Source: Eledone cirrhosa
Taxonomy: Eukaryota
NCBI GenBank assembly: GCA_964016885.1
Contig: OZ024743.1
Location: forward strand, 322,214,001-322,278,000
Length of the DNA stretch: 64,000 nt
Reading direction: 5' to 3'
Shown here: piece after piece, positions 1 to 15,416 of the stretch
Position numbering within the stretch: the first letter of the stretch is position 1
Layout of the letters: every line of letters begins with the position of its first letter
The notes under the pieces: generated by a model
What the model was told of the DNA's origin: nothing
Seen by the model: the letters and a program-made list of their open reading frames with translations, nothing else
The model's database searches: none
Position numbers and translations under genes: made by a program

Positions 1-3000
1 GGAGCTACAGTAAAACACACTTACCCACCGTGATCTGGGTCCTTAACTTGGAGCTACAGTAAGACAGACTTTCCCACCATGATCTGGGTCCTTAACTTGG
101 AGTTACAGTAAAACACACTTACCCACCTTGATCTGGGTCCTTAACTTGGAACAACAGTAAAAGACACTTACCCACCTTGATCTGGGTCCTTAACATGGAG
201 CTACAGTAAAACACACTTACCCACCTCGATCTGGGTCCTTAACTTGGAGCTTCAGTAAAACACACTTACCCACCTAGATCTGGGTCCTTAATTTGGAGTT
301 ATAGTAAAGACACTTACCCACCTCGATCTGGGTCCTTAACTTGGAACTGCAGTAAAACACATTTACCCACCTTGATCTGGGTCCTTAACTGGGAGCTACA
401 GTACAACACACTTACCCACCTCGATCTGGGTCCTTAGCTTGGAGCTACAGTAAACACAATTACCCACCTCGATCTGGGGCCTTAAATTGGAGCTACAGTA
501 AAAGACACTTACCCAACTTGATCTGGGTCCTTAACTTGGAGCTACAGTAAAACACACTTACCCACCTCGAATTAGGTCCTTAATTGGAGCTACAGAAAAA
601 GACATTTACCCACCTTGATCTGGGTCCTTAACTTGGAGCTACAGTAAATCACACTTACCTACCTGGATCTGGGTCCTTAACTTGGAGCTAGAGTAAAAGA
701 CACTTACCCACCTCAATCTGGGTCCTTAACTTGGAGATATAGTAAAAGACACTTACTCACCTCGATTTGGGTCCTGAACTTGGAGCTACAGTAAAAAACA
801 CTTACCCACCTCTATCTGAGTCCTTAACTTGGAGCTACAGTAAAACACATTTACCAACCTCTATCTGGGTCCTTAACTTGGAACTACAGTAAAACACACT
901 TACCCACTTCGATCTGAGTCCTTAACTTGGAGCTAGAGTAAAAAACACGTACCCACCACGATCTGGGTCCTTAACTTGGAGCTACAGTAAAAGACACTTA
1001 CCCACCTCGATCTGGGTCCTTATTTGGAGCTACAGTAAAATACACCTACCGACCTCATCTGGGACCTTAAATTGGAGCTACAGTAAAAGACACTTACCCA
1101 CCTGATCTGGGTCATTAAATTGGAGCTACAGTAAAAGACACTTGCCCGCCTCGATCTGGGTCCTTAACTTGGAGCTACGATAAAACACACATACCCACCT
1201 CCTTTTGGGTCCTTAACTTGGAGCTACAGTAAAACACACTTTCCCACCTCGATCTGGGTCCTAAACTTGCAGCTACAGTAAAACACACTTACCCACCTCG
1301 ATCTGGGTCCTTAACTTGGAGCTACAGTAAAATACACTTTCCCACCATGATCTGGGTCCTTAACTTGGAGCTACAGTAAAACACACTTACCCACCTCGAT
1401 CTGGGTCCTTAAATGGAGGTACAGTAAAAGACACTTACCCACCGCGATCTGGGTCCTTAACTTGGTGCTACGATAAAACAGACTTACCCACCTCCTTTTG
1501 GGTCCTTAATTTGGAGCTACAGTAAATCACACTTACTCACCTCGATCTGGGTCCTTAACTTGGAGCTACAATAAAACACACCTACCCACCTCGATCTGGG
1601 TCCTTAACTTGGAACTACAGTAAAAGACACTTACCCACCTCGATCTGGGTCCTTAACTTGGAGCTAGAGTAAAAGACACTGACCCACCTATATTTGGGTC
1701 CTTAACTTGGAGCTACAGTAAAACACACTTACCCACCTTGATCTGAGTCCTTAACTTGGAACAACAGTAAAAGACACTTACCCATCTTGATCTGGGTCCT
1801 TAACTTGGAGTTACAGTAAAACACACTTACCCACCTTGATCTGGGTCCTTAACTTGGAAGAACAGTAAAAGACCCTTACCCACCTTGATCTGGGTCCTTA
1901 ACATGGAGCTACAGTAAAACACACATACCCACCTCGATCTGGGTCCTTAACTTGGAGCTACAGTAAAAGACACTTACCCACCTCGATCTGGGTCCTTAAC
2001 TTGGAGCTTCAGTAAAACACACTTACCCACCTAGATCTGGGTCCTTAATTTGTAGTTATAGTAAAGACACTTACCCACCTCGATCTGGGTTCTTAACTTG
2101 GAACTACAGTAAAACACATTTACCCACCTTGATCTGGGTCCTTAACTTGGAGCTAGAGTAAAAGACACTTACCCACCTCAATCTGGGTCCTTAACTTGGA
2201 GATATAGTAAAAGACACTTACTCACCTCGATTTGGGTCCTGAACTTGGAGCTACAGTAAAAAACACTTACCCACCTCGATCTGGGTCCTTAACTTGGAGC
2301 TACAGTAAAACACACTTAACCACCTCGATCTGGGTCCTTAACTTGAAGCTACAGTAAAACATACTTACCCACCAGATCTGTGTCCTTAACTTGGAACTAC
2401 AGTAAAAGACACTTACCCACCTCGATCTGAGTCCTTAACTTGGAGCTAGAGTAAAAAACACGTACCCACCACGATCAGGGTCCTGAACTTGGATCTACAG
2501 TAAAAGACACTTACCCACCTCTATCTGAGTCCTTAACTTGGAGCTACAGTAAAACACATTTACCAACCTCTATCTGGGTTCTTAACTTGGAACTACAGTA
2601 AAACACACTTACCCACCTCGATCTGAGTCCTTAACTTGGAGCTAGAGTAAAAAACACGTACCCACCACGATCTAGTTCCTTAATTTGGAGCTCCAGTAAA
2701 AGACACTTACCCACTCTATCTGGGTCCTTAACTTGGAGCTACAATAAAACACACTTACCCACTCGATCTGGGTCCTGAACTTGGAGCTACAGTAAAACAC
2801 ACTTACTCACCACGATCTGGGTCCTTAACTTGGAGCTACAGTAAAAGACACTTACCCATCTCGATCTGGGTTTTTAACTTGGAGCTAGAGTAAAAGACAC
2901 TTACACACCTCGATCTGGGTCCTTAACATGGAGCTACAGTAAAAGACACTTACCACCTCGATTTGGGTCCTTAACTTGGAGCTACAGTAAAACACACTTA

Positions 3001-6000
3001 CCCACCTCTATCTGAGTCCTTAACTTGGAGCTACAGTAAAACACATTTACCAACCTCTATCTGGGTCCTTAACTTGGAACTACAGTAAAACACACTTACC
3101 CACCTTGATCTGAGGCCTTAACTTGGAGCTAGAGTAAAAAACACGTACCCACCATGATCTGGGTCCTTAACTTGGAGCTCCAGTAAAAGACACTTACCCA
3201 CTCTATCTGGGTCCTTAAATTGGAGCTCCAGTAAAAGACACTTACCCACTCGATCTGGGTCCTTAACTTGGAGCTACAGTAATACACACTTACCCACTCG
3301 ATCTGGGTCCTGAACTTGGAGCTACAGTAAAACACATTTACTCACCTCGATCTGGGTCCTTAACTTGGACCTACAGTAAAAGACACTTACCACCTCGATC
3401 TGGGTCCTGAACTTGGAGCTACCGTAAAACACACTTACCCACCTCAATCTGGGTCCTTAACTTGGAGCTACAGTAAATCATACTTACCCACCTCGATCTG
3501 GGTCCTTAACTTGGAGCTACAGTAAAACACACTTACCCACCTCTATCTGAGTCCTTAACTTGGAGCTACAGTAAAACACATTTACCCACCTCTATCTGGG
3601 TCCTTAACTTGGAACTACAGTAAAACACACTTACCCACCTGATCTGGGACCTTAAATTGGAGCTACAGTAAAAGACACTTACCCACCTCGATCTGGGTCC
3701 TTAACTTGGAGCTACAGTAAAAGACACTTACCACCTCGATCTGGGTCCTTAAATTGGAGCTACAGTAAAAGACACTTACCCACCTCGATCTGGGTCCTTA
3801 ACTTGGAGCTACAGTAAAACACACTTACCCACCTCTATCTGAGTCCTTAACTTGGAGCTACGGTAAAACACATTTACCCACCTCTATCTGGGTCCTTAAC
3901 TTGGAGCTACAGTAAAAAACACTTACCCACCTCGATCTGGGTCCTTAACTTGGAGCTACAGTAAAACACACTTAACCACCTCGATCTGGGTTCTTAACTT
4001 GAAGCTACAGAAAAACACACTTACCCACCTCGATCTGAGTCCTTAACTTGGAGCTAGAGTAAAAAACACGTACCCACCACGATCAGGGTCCTGAACTTGG
4101 ATCTACAGTAAAAGACACTTACCCACCTCTATCTGAGTCCTTAACTTGGAGCTACAGTAAAACACATTTACCAACCTCTATCTGGGTCCTTAACTTGGAA
4201 CTACAGTAAAACACACTTACCCACCTCGATCTGGGTACTTATTTGGAGCTACAGTAAAAGACACTTACCCACCTCGATCTGGGTCCTTATTTGGAGCTAC
4301 AGTAAAATACACCTACCGACCTCATCTGGGACCTTAAATTGGACCTACAGTAAAAGACACTTACCCACCTGATCTGGGTCATTAAATTGGAGCTACAGTA
4401 AAAGACACTTGCCCGCCTCGATCTGGGTCCTTATCTTGGAGCTACGATAAAACACACATACCCACCTCATTTTGGGTCCTTAACTTGGAGCTACAGTAAA
4501 ACACACTTTCCCACCTCGATCTGGGTCCTTAACTTGGAGCTACAGTAAAACACACTTACCCACCTCGATCTGGGTCCTTAACTTGGAGCTACAGTAAAAC
4601 ACACTTTCCCACCATGATCTGGGTCCTTAACTTGGAGCTACAATAAAACACACTTACCCACCTCGATCTGGGTCCTTAACTTGGAGCTAGAGTAAAAGAC
4701 ACTGACCCACCTATATTTGGGTCCTTAACTTGGAGCTACAGTAAAAGACACTTACCCACCGCGATCTGGGTCCTTAACTTGGTGCTACGATAAAACAGAC
4801 TTACCCACCTCCTTTTGGGGCCTTAATTTGGAGCTACAGTAAATCACACTTACTCACCTCGATCTGGGTCCTTAACTTGGAGCTACAGTACAACACACTT
4901 ACCCACCTCGATCTGGGTCCTTAGATTGGAGCTACAGTAAACACACTTACCCGCCATGATCTGGGGCTTTAAATTGGAGATACAGTAAAAGACACTTACC
5001 CAACTTGATCTGGGTCCTTTACTTGGAGCTACAGTAAAACACACTTACCCACATCGAATTAGGTCCTTAATTGGAGCTACAGAAAAAGACATTTACCCAC
5101 CTTGATCTGGGTCCTTAACTTGGAGCTACAGTAAAACACACTTACCTACCTGGATCTTGGTCCTTAACTTGGAGCTAGAGTAAAAGACACTTACCCACCT
5201 CAATCTGGGTCCTTAACTTGGAGATATAGTAAAAGACACTTACTCACCTCGATTTGGGTCCTTAACTTGGAGCTACAGTAAAACACACTTAACCACCTCG
5301 ATCTGGGTCCTTAACTTGAAGCTACAGAAAAACACACTTACACACCTCGATCTGGGTCCTTAACTTGGAGCTAGAGTAAAACACACTTACCCACCTCGAT
5401 CTGGGTCATTAACTTGGCGCTACCGTAAAACAAACTTACCCACCAGAGCTAGGTCCTTAACTTGGAACTACAGTAAAAGACACTTACCCACCTCGATCTG
5501 AGTCCTTAACTTGGAGCTAGAGTAAAAAACACGTACCCACCACGATCAGGGTCCTGAACTTGGATCTACAGTAAAAGACACTTACCCAACTCTATCTGAG
5601 TCCTTAACTTGGAGCTACAGTAAAACACATTTACCAACATCGATCTGGGTCATTAACTTGGAGCTACAGTAAAACATACTTACCCACCAGATCTGGGTCC
5701 TTAACTTGGAACTACAGTAAAACACACTTACCCACCTCGATCTGAGTCCTTAACTTGGAGCTAGAGTAAAAAACACGTACCCACCACGATCTGAGTCCTT
5801 AACTTGGAGCTCCAGTAAAAGACACTTACCCACTCGATCTGGGTCCTTAAATTGGAGCTCCAGTAAAAGACACTTACCCACTCGATCTGGGTCCTTAACT
5901 TGGATCTACAGTAAAACACACTTACTCACCACGATCTGGGGTTTTAACTTGGAGCTAGAGTAAAAGACACTTACACACCTCGATCTGGGTCCTTAACATG

Positions 6001-9000
6001 GAGCTACAGTAAAAGACACTTACCCACCACGATCAGGGTCCTGAACTTGGAGCTACAGTAAAACACACTTACTCACCTCGATCTGGGTCCTTAACTTGGA
6101 GCTACAGTAAAACACACTTACCCACCTCTATCTGGGTCCTTAACTTGCAACTACAGTAAAACACACTTACCCATCTCGATCTGGGTCCTTACCTTGGAAC
6201 TACAGTAAAACATATACCCACCTCGATCTGGGTCCTTAACTTGGAGCTACAGTAAAACACACTTACTCATCTCGATCTGGGTCCTTAACTTGGAGCTACA
6301 GTAAAAGACACTTACCCCCCTCAATCTGGGTCCTTAACTTGGAGCTACAGTAAAAGACACTTACCACCTCGATCTGGGTCCTTAACTTGGAGCTACAGTA
6401 AAACACACTTACCCACCTCAATCTGGGTCCTTAACTTGGAGCTACAGTAAATCATACTTACCCACCTCGATCTGGGTACTTAACTTGGAGCTACAGTAAA
6501 ACACACTTACACACCTCTATCTGAGTCCTTAACTTGGAGCTACAGTAAAACACATTTACCAACTTCTATCTGGGTCCTTAACTTGGAACTACAGTAAAAC
6601 ACACTTACCCACCTGATCTGGGACCTTAAATTGGAGCTACAGTAAAAGACACTTACCCACCTCGATCTGGGTCCTTAACTGGGAGCTACAGTAAAAGACA
6701 CTTACCCACCTTGATCTGGGTCCTTAACTTGGAGCTACAGTAAAAGACACTTACCACCTCGATCTGGGTCCTTAAATTGGAGCTACAGTAAAAGACACTT
6801 ACCCACCTCTATCTGAGTCCTTACCTTGGAGCTACAGTAAAACACATTTACCCACCTCTATCTGGGTCCTTAACTTGGAACTACAGTAAAACACACTTAC
6901 GAACCTCGATCTGGGTTTTTAACTTGGAGCTAGAGTAAAAGACACTTACACACCTCGATCTGGGTCCTTAACATGGAGCTACAGTAAAAGACACATACCC
7001 ACCTCGATCTGGGTCCTTAACTTGGAGCTACAGTAAAAGACACTTACCACCTCGATCTGGGTCCTTAACTTGGAACTACAGTAAAACACACTTACCCACC
7101 TCGATCATGGTCCTTAACTTGGAGCTACAGTAAAACACATTTACCCACCTCAATCTGGGTCCTTAACTTGGAGCTACAGTAAAATATCCTTACCCACCTC
7201 GATCTGGGTCCTTATTTGGAGCTACAGTAAAATACACCTACCCACCAGATCTGGGACCTTAAATTGGAGCTACAGTAAAAGACACTTAACCACCTCGATC
7301 TGGGTCCTTAACTTGGAGCTACGATAAAACACATATACCCACATCGATCTGGGTCCGTAACTTGGAGCTACAGTAAAACACACTTACACACCTCGATCTG
7401 GGTCCTTAATTTGGAGCTACAGTAAAACACACTTACCCACCTCGATCTGGGTCCTTAACTTGGAGCTACAGTAAAACACACTTTCCCACCATGATCTGGG
7501 TCCTTAACTTGGAGCTACAGTACAACACACTTACCCACCTCGATCTGGGTCCTTAGCTTGGAGCTACAGTAAACACACTTACCCACCTCGATCTGGGGCC
7601 TTAAATTGGAGCTACAGTAAAAGACACTTACCCAACTTGATCTGGGTCCTTAACTTGGAGCTACAGTAAAACACACTTACCCACCTCGAATTAGGTCCTT
7701 AATTGGAGCTACAGAAAAAGACATTTACCCACCTTGATCTGGGTCCTTAACTTGGAGCTACAGTAAAACACACTTACCTACCTGGATCTTGGTCCTTAAC
7801 TTGGAGCTAGAGTAAAAGACACTTACCCACCTCAATCTGGGTCCTTAACTTGGAGATATAGTAAAAGACACTTACTCACCTATATTTGGGTCCTGAACTT
7901 GGAGCTACAGTAAAAAACACTTACCCACCTCGATCTGGGTCCTTAACTTGGAACTACAGTAAAACACACTTACCCACCTAGATCTGAGTCCTTAACTTGG
8001 AGCAACAGTAAAACACATTTACCCACCTCTATCTGGGTCCTTAACTTGGAACTACAGTAAAACACACTTACCCACCTAGATCTGAGTCCTTAACTTGGAG
8101 ATATAGTAAAAGACACTTACTCACCTATATTTGGGTCCTTAACTTGGAGCTAGAGTAAAACACACTTACCCACCTCGGACTGGGTCATTAACTTGGAGCT
8201 ACAGTAAAACATACTTACCCACCTGATCTGGGTCCTTAACTTGGAACTACAGTAAAAGACACTTACCCACCTCGATCTGAGTCCTTAACTTGGAGCTAGA
8301 GTAAAAAACGCGTACCCACCACGATCTGGGTCCTTAACTTGGAGCTCCAGTAAAAGACACTTACCCACTCTATCTGGGTCTTTAAATTGGAGCTCCAGTA
8401 AAAGACACTTACCCACTCGATCTGGGTCCTTAACTTGGAGCTACAGTAAAACACACTTACCCACTCGATCTGGGTCCTGAACTTGGAGCTACAGTAAAAC
8501 ACACTTACTCACCTCGATCTGGGTCCTTAACTTGGAGCTACAGTAAAAGACACTTACACACCTCGATCTGGGTCCTTAACATGGAGCTACAGTAAAAGAC
8601 ACATACCCACCTCGATCTGGGTCCTTAACTTGGAGCTACAGTAAAAGACGCTTACCACCTCGATCTGGGTCCTTAACTTGGAGCTACAGTAAAACACACT
8701 TACCCACCTCAATCTGGGTCCTTAACTTGGAGCTACAGTAAATCATACTTACCCACCTCGATCTGGGTCCTTAACTTGGAACTACAGTAAAACACACTTA
8801 CCCACCTCTATCTGAGTCCTTAAATTGGAGCTACAGTAAAACACATTTACCCACTTCTATCTGGGTCCTTAACTTGGAACTACAGTAAAACACACTTACC
8901 CACCTGATCTGGGACATTAAATTGGAGCTACAGTAAAAGACACTTACCCACCTCGATCTGGGTCCTTAACTGGGAGCTACAGTAAAAGACACTTACCCAC

Positions 9001-11799
9001 CTCGATCTGGGTCCTTAACTTGGAGCTACAGTAAAAGACACTTACCACCTCGATCTGGGTCCTTAAATTGGAGCTACAGTAAAAGACAATTACCCACCTC
9101 GATCTGGGTCCATAACTTGGAGCTACAGTAAAACACACTTACCCACCTCTATCTGAGTCCTTAACTTGGAGCTACAGTAAAACACATTTACCCACCTCTA
9201 TCTGGGTCCTTAACTTGGAACTACAGTAAAACACACTTAGCCACCTCGATCTGAGTCCTTAACTTGGAGCTAGAGTAAAAAACACGTACCCACCACGATC
9301 TGGGTCCTTAACTTGGAGCTACAGTAAAAGACACTTACGAACCTCGATCTGGGTTTTTAACTTGGAGCTAGAGTAAAAGACACTTACACACATCGATCTG
9401 GGTCCTTAACATGGAGCTACAGTAAAAGACACAGACCCACCTCGATCTGGGTCCTTAACTTGGAGCTACAGTAAAAGACACTTACCACCTCGATCTGGGT
9501 CCTTAACTTGGAGCTACAGTAAAACACACTTACCCACCTCGATCTGGGTCCTTAACTTGGAGCTACAGTAAAACACATTTACCCACCTCAATCTGGGTCC
9601 TTAACTTGGAGCTACAGTAAAATATCCTTACCCACCTCGATCTGGGTCCTTATTTGGAGCTACAGTAAAATACACCTACCCACCTGATCTGGGACCTTAA
9701 ATTGGAGCTACAGTAAAAGACACTTAACCACCTCGATCTGGGTCCTTAACTTGGAGCTACAGTAAAACACACTTACCCACCTCGATCTGGGTCCTTAACT
9801 TGGAGCTACGATAAAACACATATACCCACATCGATCTGGGTCCGTAACTTGGAGCTACAGTAAAACACACTTACACACCTCGATCTGGTTCCTTAATTTG
9901 GAGCTACAGTAAAACACACTTACCCACCTCGATCTGGGTCCTTAACTTGGAGCTACAGTAAAACACACTTTCCCACCATGATCTGGGTCCTTAACTTGGA
10001 GCTACAGTACAACACACTTACCCACCTCGATCTGGGTCCTTAGCTTGGAGCTACAGTAAACACACTTACCCACCTCAATCTGGGGCCTTAAATTGGAGCT
10101 ACAGTAAAAGACACTTACCCAACTTGATCTGGGTCCTTAACTTGGAGCTACAGTAAAACACACTTACCCACCTCGAATTAGGTCCTTAATTGGAGCTACA
10201 GAAAAAGACATTTACCCACCTTGATCTGGGTCCATAACTTGGAGCTACAGTAAAACACACTTACCTACCTGGATCTTGGTCCTTAACTTGGAGCTAGAGT
10301 AAAAGACACTTACCCAGCTCAATCTGGGTCCTTAACTTGGAGATATAGTAAAAGACACTTACTCACCTATATTTGGGTCCTGAACTTGGAGCTACAGTAA
10401 AAAACACTTACCCACCTCGATCTGGGTCCTTAACTTGGAGCTACAATAAAACACACTTACCCACTCTATCTGGGTCCTGAACTTGGAGCTACAGTAAAAC
10501 ACACTTACTCACCACGATCTGGGTCCTTAACTTGGAGCTAGAGTAAAAGACACTTACACACCTCGATCTGGGTCCTTAACATGGAGCTACAGTAAAAGAC
10601 ACTTACCCACCTCGATCTGGGTCCTTAACTTGGAGCTACAGTAAAAGACAATTACCACCTCGATCTGGGTCCTTAACTTGGAGCTAGAGTAAAAAACACG
10701 TACCCACCACGATCAGGGTCCTGAACTTGGAGCTACAGTAAAACACACTTACTCACCTCGATCTGGGTCCTTAACTTGGAGCTACAGTAAAACACACTTA
10801 CCCACTCGATCTGGGTCCTGAACTTGGAGCTACAGTAAAACACACTTACTCACTCGATCTGGGTCTTTAAATTGGAGCTCCAGTAAAAGACACTTACCCA
10901 CTCGATCTAGGTCCTTAACTTGGAGCTACAGTAAAACACACTTACCCACTCGATCTGGGTCCTGAACTTGGAGCTCCAGTAAAAGACACTTACCCACTCT
11001 ATCTGGGTCTTTAAATTGGAGCTCCAGTAAAAGACACTTACCCACTCGATCTGGGTCCTTAACTTGGAGCTACAGTAAAACACACTTACCCACTCGATCT
11101 GGGTCCTGAACTTGGAGCTACAGTAAAAGACACTTACACACCTCGATCTGGGTCCTTAACATGGAGCTACAGTAAAAGACACATACCTACCTCGATCTGG
11201 GTCCTTAACTTGGAGCTACAGTAAAAGACACTTACCACCTCGATCTGGGTCCTTAACTTGGAGCTACAGTAAAACACACTTACCCACCTCAATCTGGGTC
11301 CTTAACTTGGAGCTACAGTAAATCATACTTACCCACCTCGATCTGGGTCCTTAACTTGGAGCTACAGTAAAACACACTTACCCACCTCTATCTGGGTCCT
11401 TAACTTGGAACTACAGTAAAACACACTGACCCACCTGATCTGGGACCTTAAATTGGAGCTACAGTAAAAGACACTTACCCACCTCGATCTGGGTCCTTAA
11501 CTGGGAGCTACAGTAAAAGACACTTACCCACCTCGATCTGGGTCCTTAACTTGGAGCTACAGTAAAAGACACTTACCACCTCGATCTGGTTCCTTAAATT
11601 GGAGCTACAGTAAAAGACACTTACCCACCTCGATCTGGGTCCTTAACTTGGAGCTACAGTAAAACACACCTACCCACCTCTATCTGAGTCCTTAACTTGG
11701 AGCTACAGTAAAACACATTTACCCACCCCTATCTGGGTCCTTAACTTGGAACTACAGTAAAACACACTTACCCACCTCGATCTGAGTCCTTAACTTGGA

Positions 11800-14700
11800 G
11801 CTACAGTAAAAGACACTTACGAACCTCGATCTGGGTTTTTAACTTGGAGCTAGAGTAAAAGACACTTACACACCTCGATCTGGGTCCTTAACATGGAGCT
11901 ACAGTAAAATACACATACCCACCTCGATCTGGGTCCTTAACTTGGAGCTACAGTAAAAGACACTTACCACCTCGATCTGGGTCCTTAACTTGGAGCTACA
12001 GTAAAACACACTTACCCACCTCGATCTGGGTCCTTAACTTGGAGCTACAGTAAAACAGACTTACCCACCTCAATCTGGGTCCTTAACTTGGAGCTACAGT
12101 AAAATATCCTTACCCACCTCGATCTGGGTCCTTATTTGGAGCTACAGTAAAATACACCTACTCACCTGATCTAGGACCTTAAATTGGAGCTACAGTAAAA
12201 GACACTTAACCACCTCGATCTGGGTCCTTAACTTGGAGCTACGATAAAACACATATACCCACATCGATCTGGGTCCGTAACTTGGAGCTACAGTAAAACA
12301 CACTTACCCACCTCGATCTGGGTCCTTAATTTGGAGCTACAGTAAAACACACTTACCCACTTTATCTGGGTCCTTAACTTGGAGCTACAGTAAAACACAC
12401 TTTCCCACCATGATCTGGGTCCTTAACTTGGAGCTACAGTAAAACACACTTACCCACCTCGATCTGGGTCCTTAACTTGGAGGTACAGTAAGAGACACTT
12501 AACCACCTCGATCATGGTCCTTAACTTGGAGCTACATAAAAGACACTTACCCACCACGATCTGGGTCCTTAACCTGGGGCTACGGTAAAAGACACTTACC
12601 CACCTCGATCTGGGTCCTTAACTTGGAACTAGAGTAAAAGACACTTACCCACCACGATCTGGGTCCTTAACATGGAGCTACAGTAAAATACACATACCCA
12701 ACTCGATCTGGGTCCTTAACTTGGTGCTACGATAAACCAGACTTACCCACCTTCTTTTGGGTCCTTAACTTGGAGCTAGAGTAAAAGTCACCCACCTATA
12801 TTTGTGTCCTTAACTGGGAGCTACAGTAAAACACACTTACCCACCTTGATCTGTGTCCTTAACTTGGAGCTACATTAAAACACACTTACCCACCTTGATC
12901 TGGGTCCTTAACTTGGAGTTACAGTAAAACACACTTACCCACCTTGATCTGGGTCCTTAACTTGGAACAACAGTAAAAGACACTTACCCACCTCGATCTG
13001 GGGCCATAAATTGGAGCTACAGTAAAAGACACTTACCCAACTTGATCTGGGTCCTTAACTTGGAGCTACAGTAAAACACACTTACCCACCTCGATTTGGG
13101 TCCTGAACTTGGAGCTACTGTAAAAAACACTTACCCACCTAGATCTGGGTCCTTAACTTGGAGCTACAGTAAAACACACTTAACCACCTCGATCTGGGTC
13201 CTTAACTTGAAGTTACGGTAAAACACACTTACCCACCTGATCTGGGTCCTTAACTTGGAGCTAGAGTAAAACACACTTACCCACCTCGATCTGGGTCATT
13301 AACTTGGAGCTACTGTAAAAAACACTTACCCACCTAGATCTGGGTCCTTAACTTGGAGCTCCAGTAAAAGAGACTTACCCACTCGATCTGGGTCCTTAAA
13401 TTGGAGCTACAGTAAAAGACACTTACGAACCTCGATCTGGGTTTTTAACTTGGAGCTAGAGTAAAAGACACTTACACACCTCGATCTGGGTCCTTAACAT
13501 GGAGCTACAGTAAAATACACATACCCACCTCGATCTGGGTCCTTAACTTGGAGCTACAGTAAAAGACACTTACCACCTCGATCTGGGTCCTTAACTTGGA
13601 GCTACAGTAAAACACACTTACCCACCTCGATCTGGGTCCTTAACTTGGAGCTACAGTAAAACAGACTTACCCACCTCAATCTGGGTCCTTAACTTGGAGC
13701 TACAGTAAAATATCCTTACCCACCTCGATCTGGGTCCTTATTTGGAGCTACAGTAAAATACACCTACTCACCTGATCTAGGACCTTAAATTGGAGCTACA
13801 GTAAAAGACACTTAACCACCTCGATCTGGGTCCTTAACTTGGAGCTACGATAAAACACATATACCCACATCGATCTGGGTCCGTAACTTGGAGCTACAGT
13901 AAAACACACTTACCCACCTCGATCTGGGTCCTTAATTTGGAGCTACAGTAAAACACACTTACCCACTTTATCTGGGTCCTTAACTTGGAGCTACAGTAAA
14001 ACACACTTTCCCACCATGATCTGGGTCCTTAACTTGGAGCTACAGTAAAACACACTTACCCACCTCGATCTGGGTCCTTAACTTGGAGGTACAGTAAGAG
14101 ACACTTAACCACCTCGATCATGGTCCTTAACTTGGAGCTACATAAAAGACACTTACCCACCACGATCTGGGTCCTTAACCTGGGGCTACGGTAAAAGACA
14201 CTTACCCACCTCGATCTGGGTCCTTAACTTGGAACTAGAGTAAAAGACACTTACCCACCACGATCTGGGTCCTTAACATGGAGCTACAGTAAAATACACA
14301 TACCCAACTCGATCTGGGTCCTTAACTTGGTGCTACGATAAACCAGACTTACCCACCTTCTTTTGGGTCCTTAACTTGGAGCTAGAGTAAAAGTCACCCA
14401 CCTATATTTGTGTCCTTAACTGGGAGCTACAGTAAAACACACTTACCCACCTTGATCTGTGTCCTTAACTTGGAGCTACATTAAAACACACTTACCCACC
14501 TTGATCTGGGTCCTTAACTTGGAGTTACAGTAAAACACACTTACCCACCTTGATCTGGGTCCTTAACTTGGAACAACAGTAAAAGACACTTACCCACCTC
14601 GATCTGGGGCCATAAATTGGAGCTACAGTAAAAGACACTTACCCAACTTGATCTGGGTCCTTAACTTGGAGCTACAGTAAAACACACTTACCCACCTCGA

Positions 14701-15030
14701 TTTGGGTCCTGAACTTGGAGCTACTGTAAAAAACACTTACCCACCTAGATCTGGGTCCTTAACTTGGAGCTACAGTAAAACACACTTAACCACCTCGATC
14801 TGGGTCCTTAACTTGAAGTTACGGTAAAACACACTTACCCACCTGATCTGGGTCCTTAACTTGGAGCTAGAGTAAAACACACTTACCCACCTCGATCTGG
14901 GTCATTAACTTGGAGCTACTGTAAAAAACACTTACCCACCTAGATCTGGGTCCTTAACTTGGAGCTCCAGTAAAAGAGACTTACCCACTCGATCTGGGTC
15001 CTTAAATTGGAGCTACAGTAAAAGACACTT
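11800..15030. repeat. Higher-order tandem duplication, period 1606 bp (~33 monomers), 2 near-identical copies
   Basis: Rare variants recur at +1606: GAACCTCGATCTGGGTTTTT 11821/13427, AAAATATCCT 12101/13707, TGCTACGATAAACCAG 12725/14331, CCAGTAAAAGAGAC 13361/14967. Confidence 0.92.
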
Positions 15031-15416
15031 ACCCACCTCGATCTGGGTTTTTAACTTGGAGCTACAGTAAATCATACTTACCCACCTTGATCTGGGTCCT
15101 TAACTTGGAGCTACAGTAAAAGACACATACCCACCTCGATCTGGGTCATTAAATTGGAGCTACAGTAAAAGACACTTACCCGCCTGGATCTGGGTCCTTG
15201 ACTTGGAGCTACGATAAAACACACATACCCACATCGATCTGGGTCCGTAACTTGGAGCTACAGTAAAACACACTTACCCACCTCGATCTGGGTCCTTAAC
15301 TTGAAGCTACAGTAAAACACACTTACCCACCTCGATCTGGGTCCTTAACTTGGAGCTACGATAAAACACACATACCCACATCGATCTGGGTCCGTAACTT
15401 GGAGCTACAGTAAAAC

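Noticed and set aside
3129-3335. 68-aa minus-strand ORF
   Set aside because: It is a translation of 48-bp satellite monomers with no unique sequence, and its start codon comes from a single-base variant.
8296-8502. 68-aa minus-strand ORF
   Set aside because: It is a copy of the same 48-bp run with a GTG start, and has no gene context.
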